26,142 bases of DNA from a virus (Duplodnaviria; Caudoviricetes). Under the pieces are notes generated by a model. That model worked only from the letters and a program-made list of their open reading frames with translations, made no database searches and had not been told where the DNA came from. This document shows positions 9,517-17,198 of this stretch, piece by piece. The stretch covers positions 1 through 26,142 of the IMG/VR virus record IMGVR_UViG_3300032237_000405. One strand, given 5' to 3'. A program made the position numbers and the translations under genes. Position 1 is the stretch's first letter. Every line of letters begins with the position of its first letter.

Positions 9517-11187
9517 TTGGCACTATCGTTGTTTGGTTTTACCATATCAAGAAAGCAGACCGAAGAAGAAGCAGCGGTCCAGCAGTCGTTCGCCGTCCCA
9601 AATACAGATGACGGCGCACTCACTATTACCTCAGCCGCATATTATGGAACATATGTTGACCTAGATGGAACAGCAAAAAATGAAGTAGAATTGATTTCTC
9701 GTTATCGTGAAATGGCAATGCAACCAGAAATTGAATCTGCTATTGATGATATTGTAAGTGAGGCAATTGTTCAAGATGATGATGGTAAAAATATCAAACT
9801 CATCATGGATGACCTAAAACAACCAGACAAAATCAAAAACGCAATCGCCCAAGAATTCAATACAATTCTACGCCTATTAAACTATAGCAACATGGCACAT
9901 GATATCTTTAGAAGATATTATATTGACGGCAGATTATTTTATCACATTATTGTTGATAGAGAAAATCCAACAGAAGGCATCAAAGAATTGCGTTATGTTG
10001 ATCCTAGAAAAATTCGTAAAGTAAGAGAAATAAAGAAAAAGAAAGACGAAAGAAGTGGTGTCGATATTATGAATGTGATTAATGAATATTACATTTATAA
10101 CGACAAATCTATTTCTGGTTCACAATCAAATTATGGTCCAGTTGGTGTTCGTATTACCAAAGATTCTATCATCAACGTAAATTCTGGACTAATGGATTCT
10201 CGTAGAGCAGTTGTACTATCATATCTACACAAAGCAATTAAACCACTTAACCAATTGCGTATGATTGAAGATGCAACGGTTATCTACCGCATCTCAAGAG
10301 CACCAGAACGTAGAATTTTCTATATCGACGTAGGTAACTTACCAAAACTAAAAGCAGAACAATACCTCCGCGATATCATGGTAAAGTATAAGAACAAACT
10401 TGTCTATGATGCAAATACAGGTGAAGTTCGTGATGACCGTAAGTTCTTATCAATGATGGAAGACTTCTGGTTACCTCGTAGAGACGGCGGCAAAGGTACT
10501 GAGATTCAAACACTACCCGGTGGTCAAAACCTAGGTGAACTTGAAGACGTTAAATATTTTGAAAAGAAATTATACAAAGCACTTAATGTACCTATCTCAA
10601 GACTAGAATCATCACAAGGATTTACAATTGGTCGCTCATCGGAAATCACTAGAGACGAATTAAAGTTTTCAAAATTCATCGACAGACTCCGCAATAAATT
10701 TGCTGACCTATTTGACCAAGCGCTGCGCGTACAATGTGTACTAAAAGGTATTTGTACAGCAGAAGAATATAATGAAATCAAAGAACACGTTTTCTACGAT
10801 TTCATCAAAGACAATAATTTTGCAGAACTAAAAGAAGCAGAATTAATGAAAGAAAGACTCTCACTTCTACAAGAAATCGATCCATATACTGGTCGTTATT
10901 TCTCAATGAATTGGATTCGTAGAAATGTTCTGAGATTGTCAGATGTAGAAATGCAAGCAATCGACAAAGAAATTGAAAAAGAAAAGGTTGCTGGTCTTGA
11001 CGTACCAACAGATATAATGAACTCAGTATTACAACAACAAATGATGAATGCGTTGCAACAGCAGGATCCACAGCAACCAGAAGCACAACCTCAACAAGGT
11101 GTGCCACTTGTAAAGAAAACAGAAACAAAAGGTGATTTAAGTTTAGGTGAAACATCAATGATTTCTAGACTACACAAAGTATTATAA
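9517..11187 (+). CDS. gp20: Portal protein gp20 (TTG start)
   Basis: IYRISRAPERRIFYIDVGNLPKLKAEQY and EDFWLPRRDGGKGTEI.TLPGG motifs; AGGAG SD 7 nt before the TTG. Confidence 0.97.
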   Translation: MALSLFGFTISRKQTEEEAAVQQSFAVPNTDDGALTITSAAYYGTYVDLDGTAKNEVELISRYREMAMQPEIESAIDDIVSEAIVQDDDGKNIKLIMDDLKQPDKIKNAIAQEFNTILRLLNYSNMAHDIFRRYYIDGRLFYHIIVDRENPTEGIKELRYVDPRKIRKVREIKKKKDERSGVDIMNVINEYYIYNDKSISGSQSNYGPVGVRITKDSIINVNSGLMDSRRAVVLSYLHKAIKPLNQLRMIEDATVIYRISRAPERRIFYIDVGNLPKLKAEQYLRDIMVKYKNKLVYDANTGEVRDDRKFLSMMEDFWLPRRDGGKGTEIQTLPGGQNLGELEDVKYFEKKLYKALNVPISRLESSQGFTIGRSSEITRDELKFSKFIDRLRNKFADLFDQALRVQCVLKGICTAEEYNEIKEHVFYDFIKDNNFAELKEAELMKERLSLLQEIDPYTGRYFSMNWIRRNVLRLSDVEMQAIDKEIEKEKVAGLDVPTDIMNSVLQQQMMNALQQQDPQQPEAQPQQGVPLVKKTETKGDLSLGETSMISRLHKVL

Positions 11188-11190
11188 ATA
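11183..11190 (+). promoter_or_regulatory. T4 late promoter TATAAATA
   Basis: Exact consensus overlapping the gp20 stop codon, upstream of the prohead-core genes. Confidence 0.8.
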
Positions 11191-11235
11191 TTATCTAACT
11201 GGTATTGTTACCTATTATTTCGAGGATATAAAAAG

Positions 11236-12033
11236 ATGGATACAAGAAAAATTGTCGATTATGCACAAGACGGAAACGCAGTCGGTGTTCGTGAAGAACT
11301 ATATGCTGCAATTTGGGACCGTGTTCATGCTGCGATTGAATCAAAGAAACAACAGATTGCTCAAGGTCTAGTTACTCAAGAATCATACGAAGGTCCAGAT
11401 GATGATGAGGAAGAAGACGATTGGGACGAAGAAGACGAACAGATTGATGAAACTTTAGGTGCAACTTTAAGAAAATATGTTCCTGGCTTAGGAAAAGATG
11501 AATTGAAAAAAAGATACTTGGATGCTGATACTCGCACCAGATATACTTTAGGTAAATCTCCTGAAAATCATACTGATGCAGATAAAAAAGAATTGGAAAT
11601 GCATGCAAAGAAACTCAGAAGATATGGTAAGTTAGTGGACAAACACATCGGTGAAGCATATGAAATTGATGAAGAACAACTTGATGAGATTTCTGATAAG
11701 GCAAAAAGAGACTATCTTTCTAAAGTTCCAGCATCAGTAACAAAAATCCAAAAAAATGCAGAAAAAGAAATAACAACAAATCCCGACCAAGGAAAAGGTT
11801 TATCTAATGCATTAAAAGGATTAGCAAAAATAAACAAACGTGGAGAAATGGCCGCTAAAGTTCGTCAGAGCCTTAAGAGTGAAGCATACGATGATGATGA
11901 AGATCCAGATGTTCGCATTGCCGACAAAGAATTAAAGAGGAGAGGAGTTACTCTTCCTAAAGTAAAGGTTGACCCAGATAAAGATATGGCAAGACTAGCA
12001 AAACGCACTCCTAAAGAAAAAGAGGACGATTGA
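11236..12033 (+). CDS. Putative prohead core/internal head protein (gp67 position, greatly extended)
   Basis: Immediately after gp20. A helical N-terminus followed by a D/E tract recalls gp67, then basic modules separated by I/L-x-E motifs. Confidence 0.55.
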   Translation: MDTRKIVDYAQDGNAVGVREELYAAIWDRVHAAIESKKQQIAQGLVTQESYEGPDDDEEEDDWDEEDEQIDETLGATLRKYVPGLGKDELKKRYLDADTRTRYTLGKSPENHTDADKKELEMHAKKLRRYGKLVDKHIGEAYEIDEEQLDEISDKAKRDYLSKVPASVTKIQKNAEKEITTNPDQGKGLSNALKGLAKINKRGEMAAKVRQSLKSEAYDDDEDPDVRIADKELKRRGVTLPKVKVDPDKDMARLAKRTPKEKEDD

Positions 12034-12034
12034 A

Positions 12035-12289
12035 ATGCTGACACTAAAGGAGTTTATGAACCGCGATACCAATCAGACAGATATGTTTGAGGAAGCGGTT
12101 CAACTCCAAGAAGTGCAAAATCACGAACACCAAGCAGATCCTCCAAACGTTCTGATAATGCGTAGAGTTTCCATTCGTCAGTTTCCTCAAGGAAAAAAAG
12201 TTGCACTGTATTACATAGAAGCATTGAATCAATATATTACTATTCCATATAATCATTTAGAATGGAAACCAGAAAGAGAAAAAGGATAA
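12035..12289 (+). CDS. Small prohead-region protein with capsid-targeting-like N-terminus
   Basis: 84 aa starting MLTLKEFM, located between the gp67-position gene and gp21. Confidence 0.5.
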   Translation: MLTLKEFMNRDTNQTDMFEEAVQLQEVQNHEHQADPPNVLIMRRVSIRQFPQGKKVALYYIEALNQYITIPYNHLEWKPEREKG

Positions 12290-12292
12290 AAG

Positions 12293-12823
12293 ATGGCAAC
12301 CTCAAATAGTACACAAGTTCTGATTGATACTACCAAAAGAGCAATAATCAAAAGAGTTGGTATTTTTGATTCGGCTGGTGGTGATGAAGTACAAACGGTA
12401 TTGCTAGATCCTCGTTCACTAAGTGGTGTTGTAGATGCTAACGGTAATTTGTGGACAACAGGAAATACACTATCATCTGGTTTTGGTGCAAACAGTTTAG
12501 CTGTTAAACGAATATTATATAACGTCGATGCCGAGGTCGGTCATTTGCAAATAAAATGGCAAGGAACAGGTTCTGGTAATGATAAAACTATGTTTGCGTT
12601 TGGTGTCGGTACTGGTGACACAAACCCAAATGACAATCTTCCAGTTATTTGGAATAATGCGACCAACCCAACAGGAAACATTACAATTCAAACTGTTGGA
12701 ACTACCGCGAACGCCGCATATACTTTAATCATAGAACTACACAAAGACGGCAGATACTTCCAAGCAGGTCAGTTCAACGATCCTGCCGCATTCAACTATC
12801 CTCCATATGGAATAACACCATGA
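12293..12823 (+). CDS. Hypothetical beta-rich protein, likely virion-associated
   Basis: 176 aa with an AAGGA SD, G/T/N-rich, ATGA overlap with gp21. Confidence 0.55.
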   Translation: MATSNSTQVLIDTTKRAIIKRVGIFDSAGGDEVQTVLLDPRSLSGVVDANGNLWTTGNTLSSGFGANSLAVKRILYNVDAEVGHLQIKWQGTGSGNDKTMFAFGVGTGDTNPNDNLPVIWNNATNPTGNITIQTVGTTANAAYTLIIELHKDGRYFQAGQFNDPAAFNYPPYGITP

Positions 12824-13464
12824 AATTAATTACAGAAGTTGTAGAGACTGTAAGTTTTCTTACCGAGGAAGAGAACGGTAAAAAGTCTCTTTATATCGAA
12901 GGACCATTTCTTGTTGCAGAAAAGCAAAATAGAAATGGTCGTATCTATAAAGAAGATACTCTAGACAAAGAAGTTAAAAGATATACAGAAGAATATATAA
13001 ATAAAAACCGTGCCTTTGGTGAACTTGGACATCCAGATACACCAACAATCAATCTAGACCGTGTTGCAATCCTGATTAAAGGATTGAAGAAAGATGGTAC
13101 TAATTGGATAGGCAGAGCAAAAATTCTTGATACACCAATGGGAAATATAGCAAAGAATCTTATCGATGGTGGTGCTCAACTTGGAGTATCGTCAAGAGGT
13201 ATGGGTTCTCTTAAAAATGTTAATGGTGTAAATGTAGTTCAAGATGATTTTCATCTAGCCACAGCGGCAGATATTGTAGCGGATCCTTCTGCACCTGGTG
13301 CGTTTGTACAGGGAATAATGGAAGGAAAAGAGTGGATGTTAGTAAATGGCGTATGGACTGAAGTAGAATATACTCAAGCCAGAGAAGCAATTCGCAAGGC
13401 CTCAAGACAAGAGATTGAAGAAGTAAGTCTACGCATATTTGAAAACTTCATAAAGAAACTTTAA
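12820..13464 (+). CDS. gp21: Prohead protease gp21
   Basis: NRNGRIY, GELGHP (catalytic His), GVSSRGMGS (catalytic Ser) and DIVADPSAP motifs. Confidence 0.96.
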   Translation: MKLITEVVETVSFLTEEENGKKSLYIEGPFLVAEKQNRNGRIYKEDTLDKEVKRYTEEYINKNRAFGELGHPDTPTINLDRVAILIKGLKKDGTNWIGRAKILDTPMGNIAKNLIDGGAQLGVSSRGMGSLKNVNGVNVVQDDFHLATAADIVADPSAPGAFVQGIMEGKEWMLVNGVWTEVEYTQAREAIRKASRQEIEEVSLRIFENFIKKL

Positions 13465-13465
13465 T

Positions 13466-13473
13466 TATAAATA
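13466..13473 (+). promoter_or_regulatory. T4 late promoter TATAAATA for gp22
   Basis: Exact consensus in the gp21-gp22 gap. Confidence 0.85.
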
Positions 13474-13503
13474 TTCAATACAGAAAACAAGGAGATTTTC
13501 AAA

Positions 13504-14736
13504 ATGACAACATACAATTTATCTGAGGCCGCAAAAGAAATTCTTGATGCAAGCATTGCATCAAAGCGCGGCGGGCAAGATAAGCCAGCAAAACTTCCTG
13601 CAGGTCCTCAAGGAGAAGTTGGTAGTGTTGAAGTCGCTGTTACAATGGCAACTAAAGACCAAGCACCAAAACCAACCAAAGGTGTTCCTTCTGCTACTCC
13701 TCCAGGTGCTACACCACCAGTTTCAGCAGAACCTATGCACAAACTAGACAGACAACCACAGGAAGACGGAAGACATGACCTTCTTGATATCAAGAAGTCC
13801 GATGTTATTTCTTACGATGACCAACACCGTGACCGCAAGAAGGTCAATCCAGTTGGTCAAACATTCCATGCAAACCCAGGCGCAATGGCACCAATGGTCC
13901 CAGAAGAATATGAAGAAGAGGACGACATGATTGATGAGGCTCATGATGAAAAGCACGAAATGCACGGCGGCCGCCAAGAAAAAATGCACATGAAGATGAA
14001 GAAAAAAATGAAAGAAGATATCGCTGCTCTTGTTTCAGGCGAAAATCTTTCAGAAGAATTTGTTCAAAAGGCAACAACAATTTTTGAAGCAGCAGTTATC
14101 GCTCGCGCAGAAGAAGTTATCGCTGAATCAGAAATCCAATTGATTGAGCAATTTGAACTAGCAATTGAAGAAGTTAAGCAAGAATTGTCAGAAAAACTTG
14201 ATGACTACCTGAACTACATGGTCGAAGAATGGATGTCAGAAAACGAAATAGCAATTGAAAGTGGTCTACGCGCAGAAGTCGTAGAAGAATTCATTTTCAA
14301 ACTACGTAACATTTTCGTTGAGTCATACATCGATATCCCAGAAGAAAGAGTTGATGTGGTCGAAGAACTAGTTGCTAAAGTTGAAGAACTAGAAGAAACA
14401 CTAAATGAAGAAATTGAAAGAAATGTTCAATTCGCAAAGGCATTAGTTGAACATCAAAAATTAGAAGCCATCCGCGAAGCATGCGAAGGCTTAACTCAAA
14501 CTCAGGCTGAAAAATTAAAAGCACTTGCAGAAAGTGTTGAGTACAACGATCCTGAAGAATTTGAAAGTGCAGTTGCAACATTGAAGGAGTCATATTTCCA
14601 TGCTCAAGTTAAAGTCGCCGATTCTGAGCAACTGAATGAAGAAATTCAGTTTGAAGAAGATGCACCAAAGAGCAAAGTCGCTGATCCTGATATGAATGTT
14701 TATGCACAAGCAATCTCTAAATCACTTGCCAAATAA
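13504..14736 (+). CDS. gp22: Prohead core scaffold gp22
   Basis: Acidic coiled-coil with LSEEFVQKATTIFEAAV, YLNYMVEEWMSEN and LKESYF; between the protease and the major capsid gene. Confidence 0.93.
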   Translation: MTTYNLSEAAKEILDASIASKRGGQDKPAKLPAGPQGEVGSVEVAVTMATKDQAPKPTKGVPSATPPGATPPVSAEPMHKLDRQPQEDGRHDLLDIKKSDVISYDDQHRDRKKVNPVGQTFHANPGAMAPMVPEEYEEEDDMIDEAHDEKHEMHGGRQEKMHMKMKKKMKEDIAALVSGENLSEEFVQKATTIFEAAVIARAEEVIAESEIQLIEQFELAIEEVKQELSEKLDDYLNYMVEEWMSENEIAIESGLRAEVVEEFIFKLRNIFVESYIDIPEERVDVVEELVAKVEELEETLNEEIERNVQFAKALVEHQKLEAIREACEGLTQTQAEKLKALAESVEYNDPEEFESAVATLKESYFHAQVKVADSEQLNEEIQFEEDAPKSKVADPDMNVYAQAISKSLAK

Positions 14737-14739
14737 ATA
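14732..14739 (+). promoter_or_regulatory. Late promoter (AATAAATA) for gp23, overlapping the gp22 stop
   Basis: 7/8 consensus match ending 27 nt before the gp23 ATG. Confidence 0.65.
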
Positions 14740-14766
14740 ACAAACCAATAAAAAAAGGAGAAGTAA

Positions 14767-16089
14767 ATGTACTTAACCGAAGAACTTCAAAAGAAATGGC
14801 AACCTGTTCTGGAGCATCCAGAACTGGAAGGCATTAAGGATCCATACAAGAAGGCAGTTACAGCACTTGTTCTGGAAAATCAACAACAAGCAATGAACGA
14901 AGCAAGAATGATTACCGAAGCAGGTCCAGGTCCAACAAACGTCACCGGTGGCGTTCAGAACTTTGACCCAATCCTGATTTCTCTTGTTCGCCGTTCACTA
15001 CCAAACCTGATTGCTTATGATGTTGCTGGTGTTCAACCAATGACAGGTCCAACAGGACTGATTTTCGCGATGCGCGCTCGTTACGGCGGCCAAGGCAACA
15101 ACACAGAAGCATTCTTCAACGAAGCAAACACCATTTTCTCTGGTGCAGTATCAGCAGCAAACCCATACGGTTTCCAAGGTACTCTGTCTTCAGATACATC
15201 AAACAACGCAGTAGCAAACCTAACAGCAAACGCATTCACAACTGGTATCGGAATGCCAACAGCTACAGCAGAATATCTAGGTTCAAATGCTAACGCAATC
15301 TTCCAGCAAATGGGTTTCACAATTGAAAAAGTTACTGTAACTGCTCAATCACGTGCCCTGAAGGCTGAATACTCGTTAGAACTTGCACAAGACTTGAAGG
15401 CAATCCATGGTCTAGATGCTGAGACAGAACTGAGCAACATTCTGTCAACAGAAATTCTTTCAGAAATCAACCGTGAAGTTATCCGCACAATCTACACCTG
15501 CGCTGTTCCAGGTGCTCAGTACGGTACAGTTACTCAAGGTTATTTCGACCTAGACACCGACTCAAATGGTCGTTGGTCAGTTGAACGCTTCAAGGGTCTG
15601 ATTTTCCAAGTCGAACGTGATGCTAACGTTATCGCTAAGCAAACCCGTAGAGGTAAGGGTAACGTTCTGATTGTTTCTTCAGACGTTGCTTCAGCAATGG
15701 CAATGGCAGGGGTTCTGTCATACACACCAGCACTTCAAGCAGACCTAACAGTAGACGACACTGGCAATACATTTGCTGGACTTCTACATGGTCGTATCAA
15801 GGTTTATATTGATCCATACTTTGGTGGTTACACAAACAACCAAGAGTTAGTAACAATTGGATATAAGGGTTCTTCACCTTATGATGCAGGTCTTTTCTAC
15901 TGCCCATACGTTCCTCTCCAAATGGTGCGTGCTGTTGACCAAGACACATTCCAACCAAAGATTGGATTCAAGACACGTTACGGAATGGTTGCAAACCCAT
16001 TTGCTCAAGGTCTGACTCAAGGCAATGGTCTTCTGCAAGCACGTACAAATGTGTACTATCGCATTTTTGGTGTCAAGAACCTGATGTAA
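14767..16089 (+). CDS. gp23: Major capsid protein gp23
   Basis: LIAYDVAGVQPMTGPTGLIFAMR, SRALKAEYSLELAQDLKAIHGLDAE and FQPKIGFKTRYG motifs; probable gp21 cleavage at ITE51/A52. Confidence 0.98.
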   Translation: MYLTEELQKKWQPVLEHPELEGIKDPYKKAVTALVLENQQQAMNEARMITEAGPGPTNVTGGVQNFDPILISLVRRSLPNLIAYDVAGVQPMTGPTGLIFAMRARYGGQGNNTEAFFNEANTIFSGAVSAANPYGFQGTLSSDTSNNAVANLTANAFTTGIGMPTATAEYLGSNANAIFQQMGFTIEKVTVTAQSRALKAEYSLELAQDLKAIHGLDAETELSNILSTEILSEINREVIRTIYTCAVPGAQYGTVTQGYFDLDTDSNGRWSVERFKGLIFQVERDANVIAKQTRRGKGNVLIVSSDVASAMAMAGVLSYTPALQADLTVDDTGNTFAGLLHGRIKVYIDPYFGGYTNNQELVTIGYKGSSPYDAGLFYCPYVPLQMVRAVDQDTFQPKIGFKTRYGMVANPFAQGLTQGNGLLQARTNVYYRIFGVKNLM

Positions 16090-16118
16090 TCTTTGAGTCA
16101 CCACTAAGAGTGACACTG

Positions 16119-16148
16119 GAGGAGAGTCGAAAGACTCTCCTCTTTTTT
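16119..16148 (+). terminator. Rho-independent terminator after gp23
   Basis: Perfect 10-bp stem GAGGAGAGTC / GACTCTCCTC with a GAAA tetraloop, followed by T6. Confidence 0.92.
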
Positions 16149-16153
16149 GGTTC

Positions 16154-16161
16154 TATAAATA
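16154..16161 (+). promoter_or_regulatory. T4 late promoter TATAAATA for gp3
   Basis: Exact consensus immediately after the terminator, ending 18 nt before the ATG. Confidence 0.85.
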
Positions 16162-16179
16162 GAAAACAAAGGAGATATT

Positions 16180-16716
16180 ATGTTAAGTCCATACGTCAAT
16201 ACTCAACCACAAAATACTAATCTATTACAACAAACAAAATTTTTGTTGTTATTTTCTCGCGCACCAAATGCTCAGTATTTTTGTCAAGAAGTAAATATTC
16301 CTGGTATTACATTATCTGAAGCAGTACAACCTACACCATTCGTTGACCTATACAGACCAGGCGACAAAATATCATACGACACATTTGACATCTCATTTAT
16401 CATTAATGAAGACTTATCTGCATGGACAGATATACACGATTGGATTCGTGGAATGGCATTCCCTGATAATTTTACAGAATATGATAATATAAAAAATCTT
16501 TCACCATTCATATCAAACACAAAAACACCACAATATTCTGACGCGTCATTGCAAATCAATACTGCACTAAACAATAAAAAATTAATAATTGAATTTAGTG
16601 ATATGTTTCCTATAAATCTTTCTGCAATTAATTTTACTACAACTGATGAGAACAATACAACAATGACAGCAAGAGCAAGTTTTAGATTTACTCAATATAA
16701 AATAAAAAGAAGTTGA
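16180..16716 (+). CDS. gp3: Tail completion/tube terminator gp3
   Basis: YFCQEVNIPGITL, PGDKISY, WIRGM and FSDMFPINLS motifs; the gp23-gp3-uvsY-uvsW order matches cyanophage-type T4-like phages. Confidence 0.88.
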   Translation: MLSPYVNTQPQNTNLLQQTKFLLLFSRAPNAQYFCQEVNIPGITLSEAVQPTPFVDLYRPGDKISYDTFDISFIINEDLSAWTDIHDWIRGMAFPDNFTEYDNIKNLSPFISNTKTPQYSDASLQINTALNNKKLIIEFSDMFPINLSAINFTTTDENNTTMTARASFRFTQYKIKRS

Positions 16717-16741
16717 CAACCAATAAGTTTTGTGATATAAT
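16713..16741 (+). promoter_or_regulatory. Consensus sigma70 promoter for the uvsY operon
   Basis: TTGACA (16713-16718), 17-nt spacer, TGn extension and TATAAT (16736-16741), with an A-rich UP-like tract upstream. Confidence 0.9.
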
Positions 16742-16760
16742 TTAAATTTAGGATTTTGTA

Positions 16761-17198
16761 ATGGAAACACTAGATAAAGTTCTTGAACATTGGTCTAAAG
16801 ATTCTGCTGTAGACAATACCGAACCTTCACGAGAAATCATTCGTATTCCTGTTCTACACAGCAAGTATTTGAACATCATGTCAAACCATAAACTTTCTGC
16901 GAAGAAATCATTTTTTGACTATAACAGAATGCGTAAATTGAAATGGGAATATTACACAGGAAAGATGTCTCAAGAAGAACTTGAAGAACACGGTTGGGAA
17001 CCATTTAGATATACACTCAAATCCGATGTGACTACATATCTAGAAGCAGATAATGATTTAATTCGTCTTCTAGAAAAAAAAGTTTATCATGAAGAAGTGA
17101 TTAGTGTCTGTGAAGCAATACTCAAAGAATTAAACAATAGAACATGGCAGTTAAGGGAACACATGACACATGAGCGATTCATCCAAGGTTCAAGATAA
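16761..17198 (+). CDS. uvsY: Recombination mediator UvsY
   Basis: IPVLHSKYL, KWEYYTGK, YLEADNDL and LNNRTWQLR motifs; synteny with uvsW. Confidence 0.9.
   Translation: METLDKVLEHWSKDSAVDNTEPSREIIRIPVLHSKYLNIMSNHKLSAKKSFFDYNRMRKLKWEYYTGKMSQEELEEHGWEPFRYTLKSDVTTYLEADNDLIRLLEKKVYHEEVISVCEAILKELNNRTWQLREHMTHERFIQGSR

Noticed and set aside
11030-11100. Gln-rich tail of the portal protein
   Set aside because: Variable low-complexity C-termini are common in T4-like gp20 proteins.
12996-13003. Exact TATAAATA inside gp21
   Set aside because: It encodes the YINK peptide and lies about 500 nt from the next start, and gp22 has its own promoter. Probably incidental, though not excluded.
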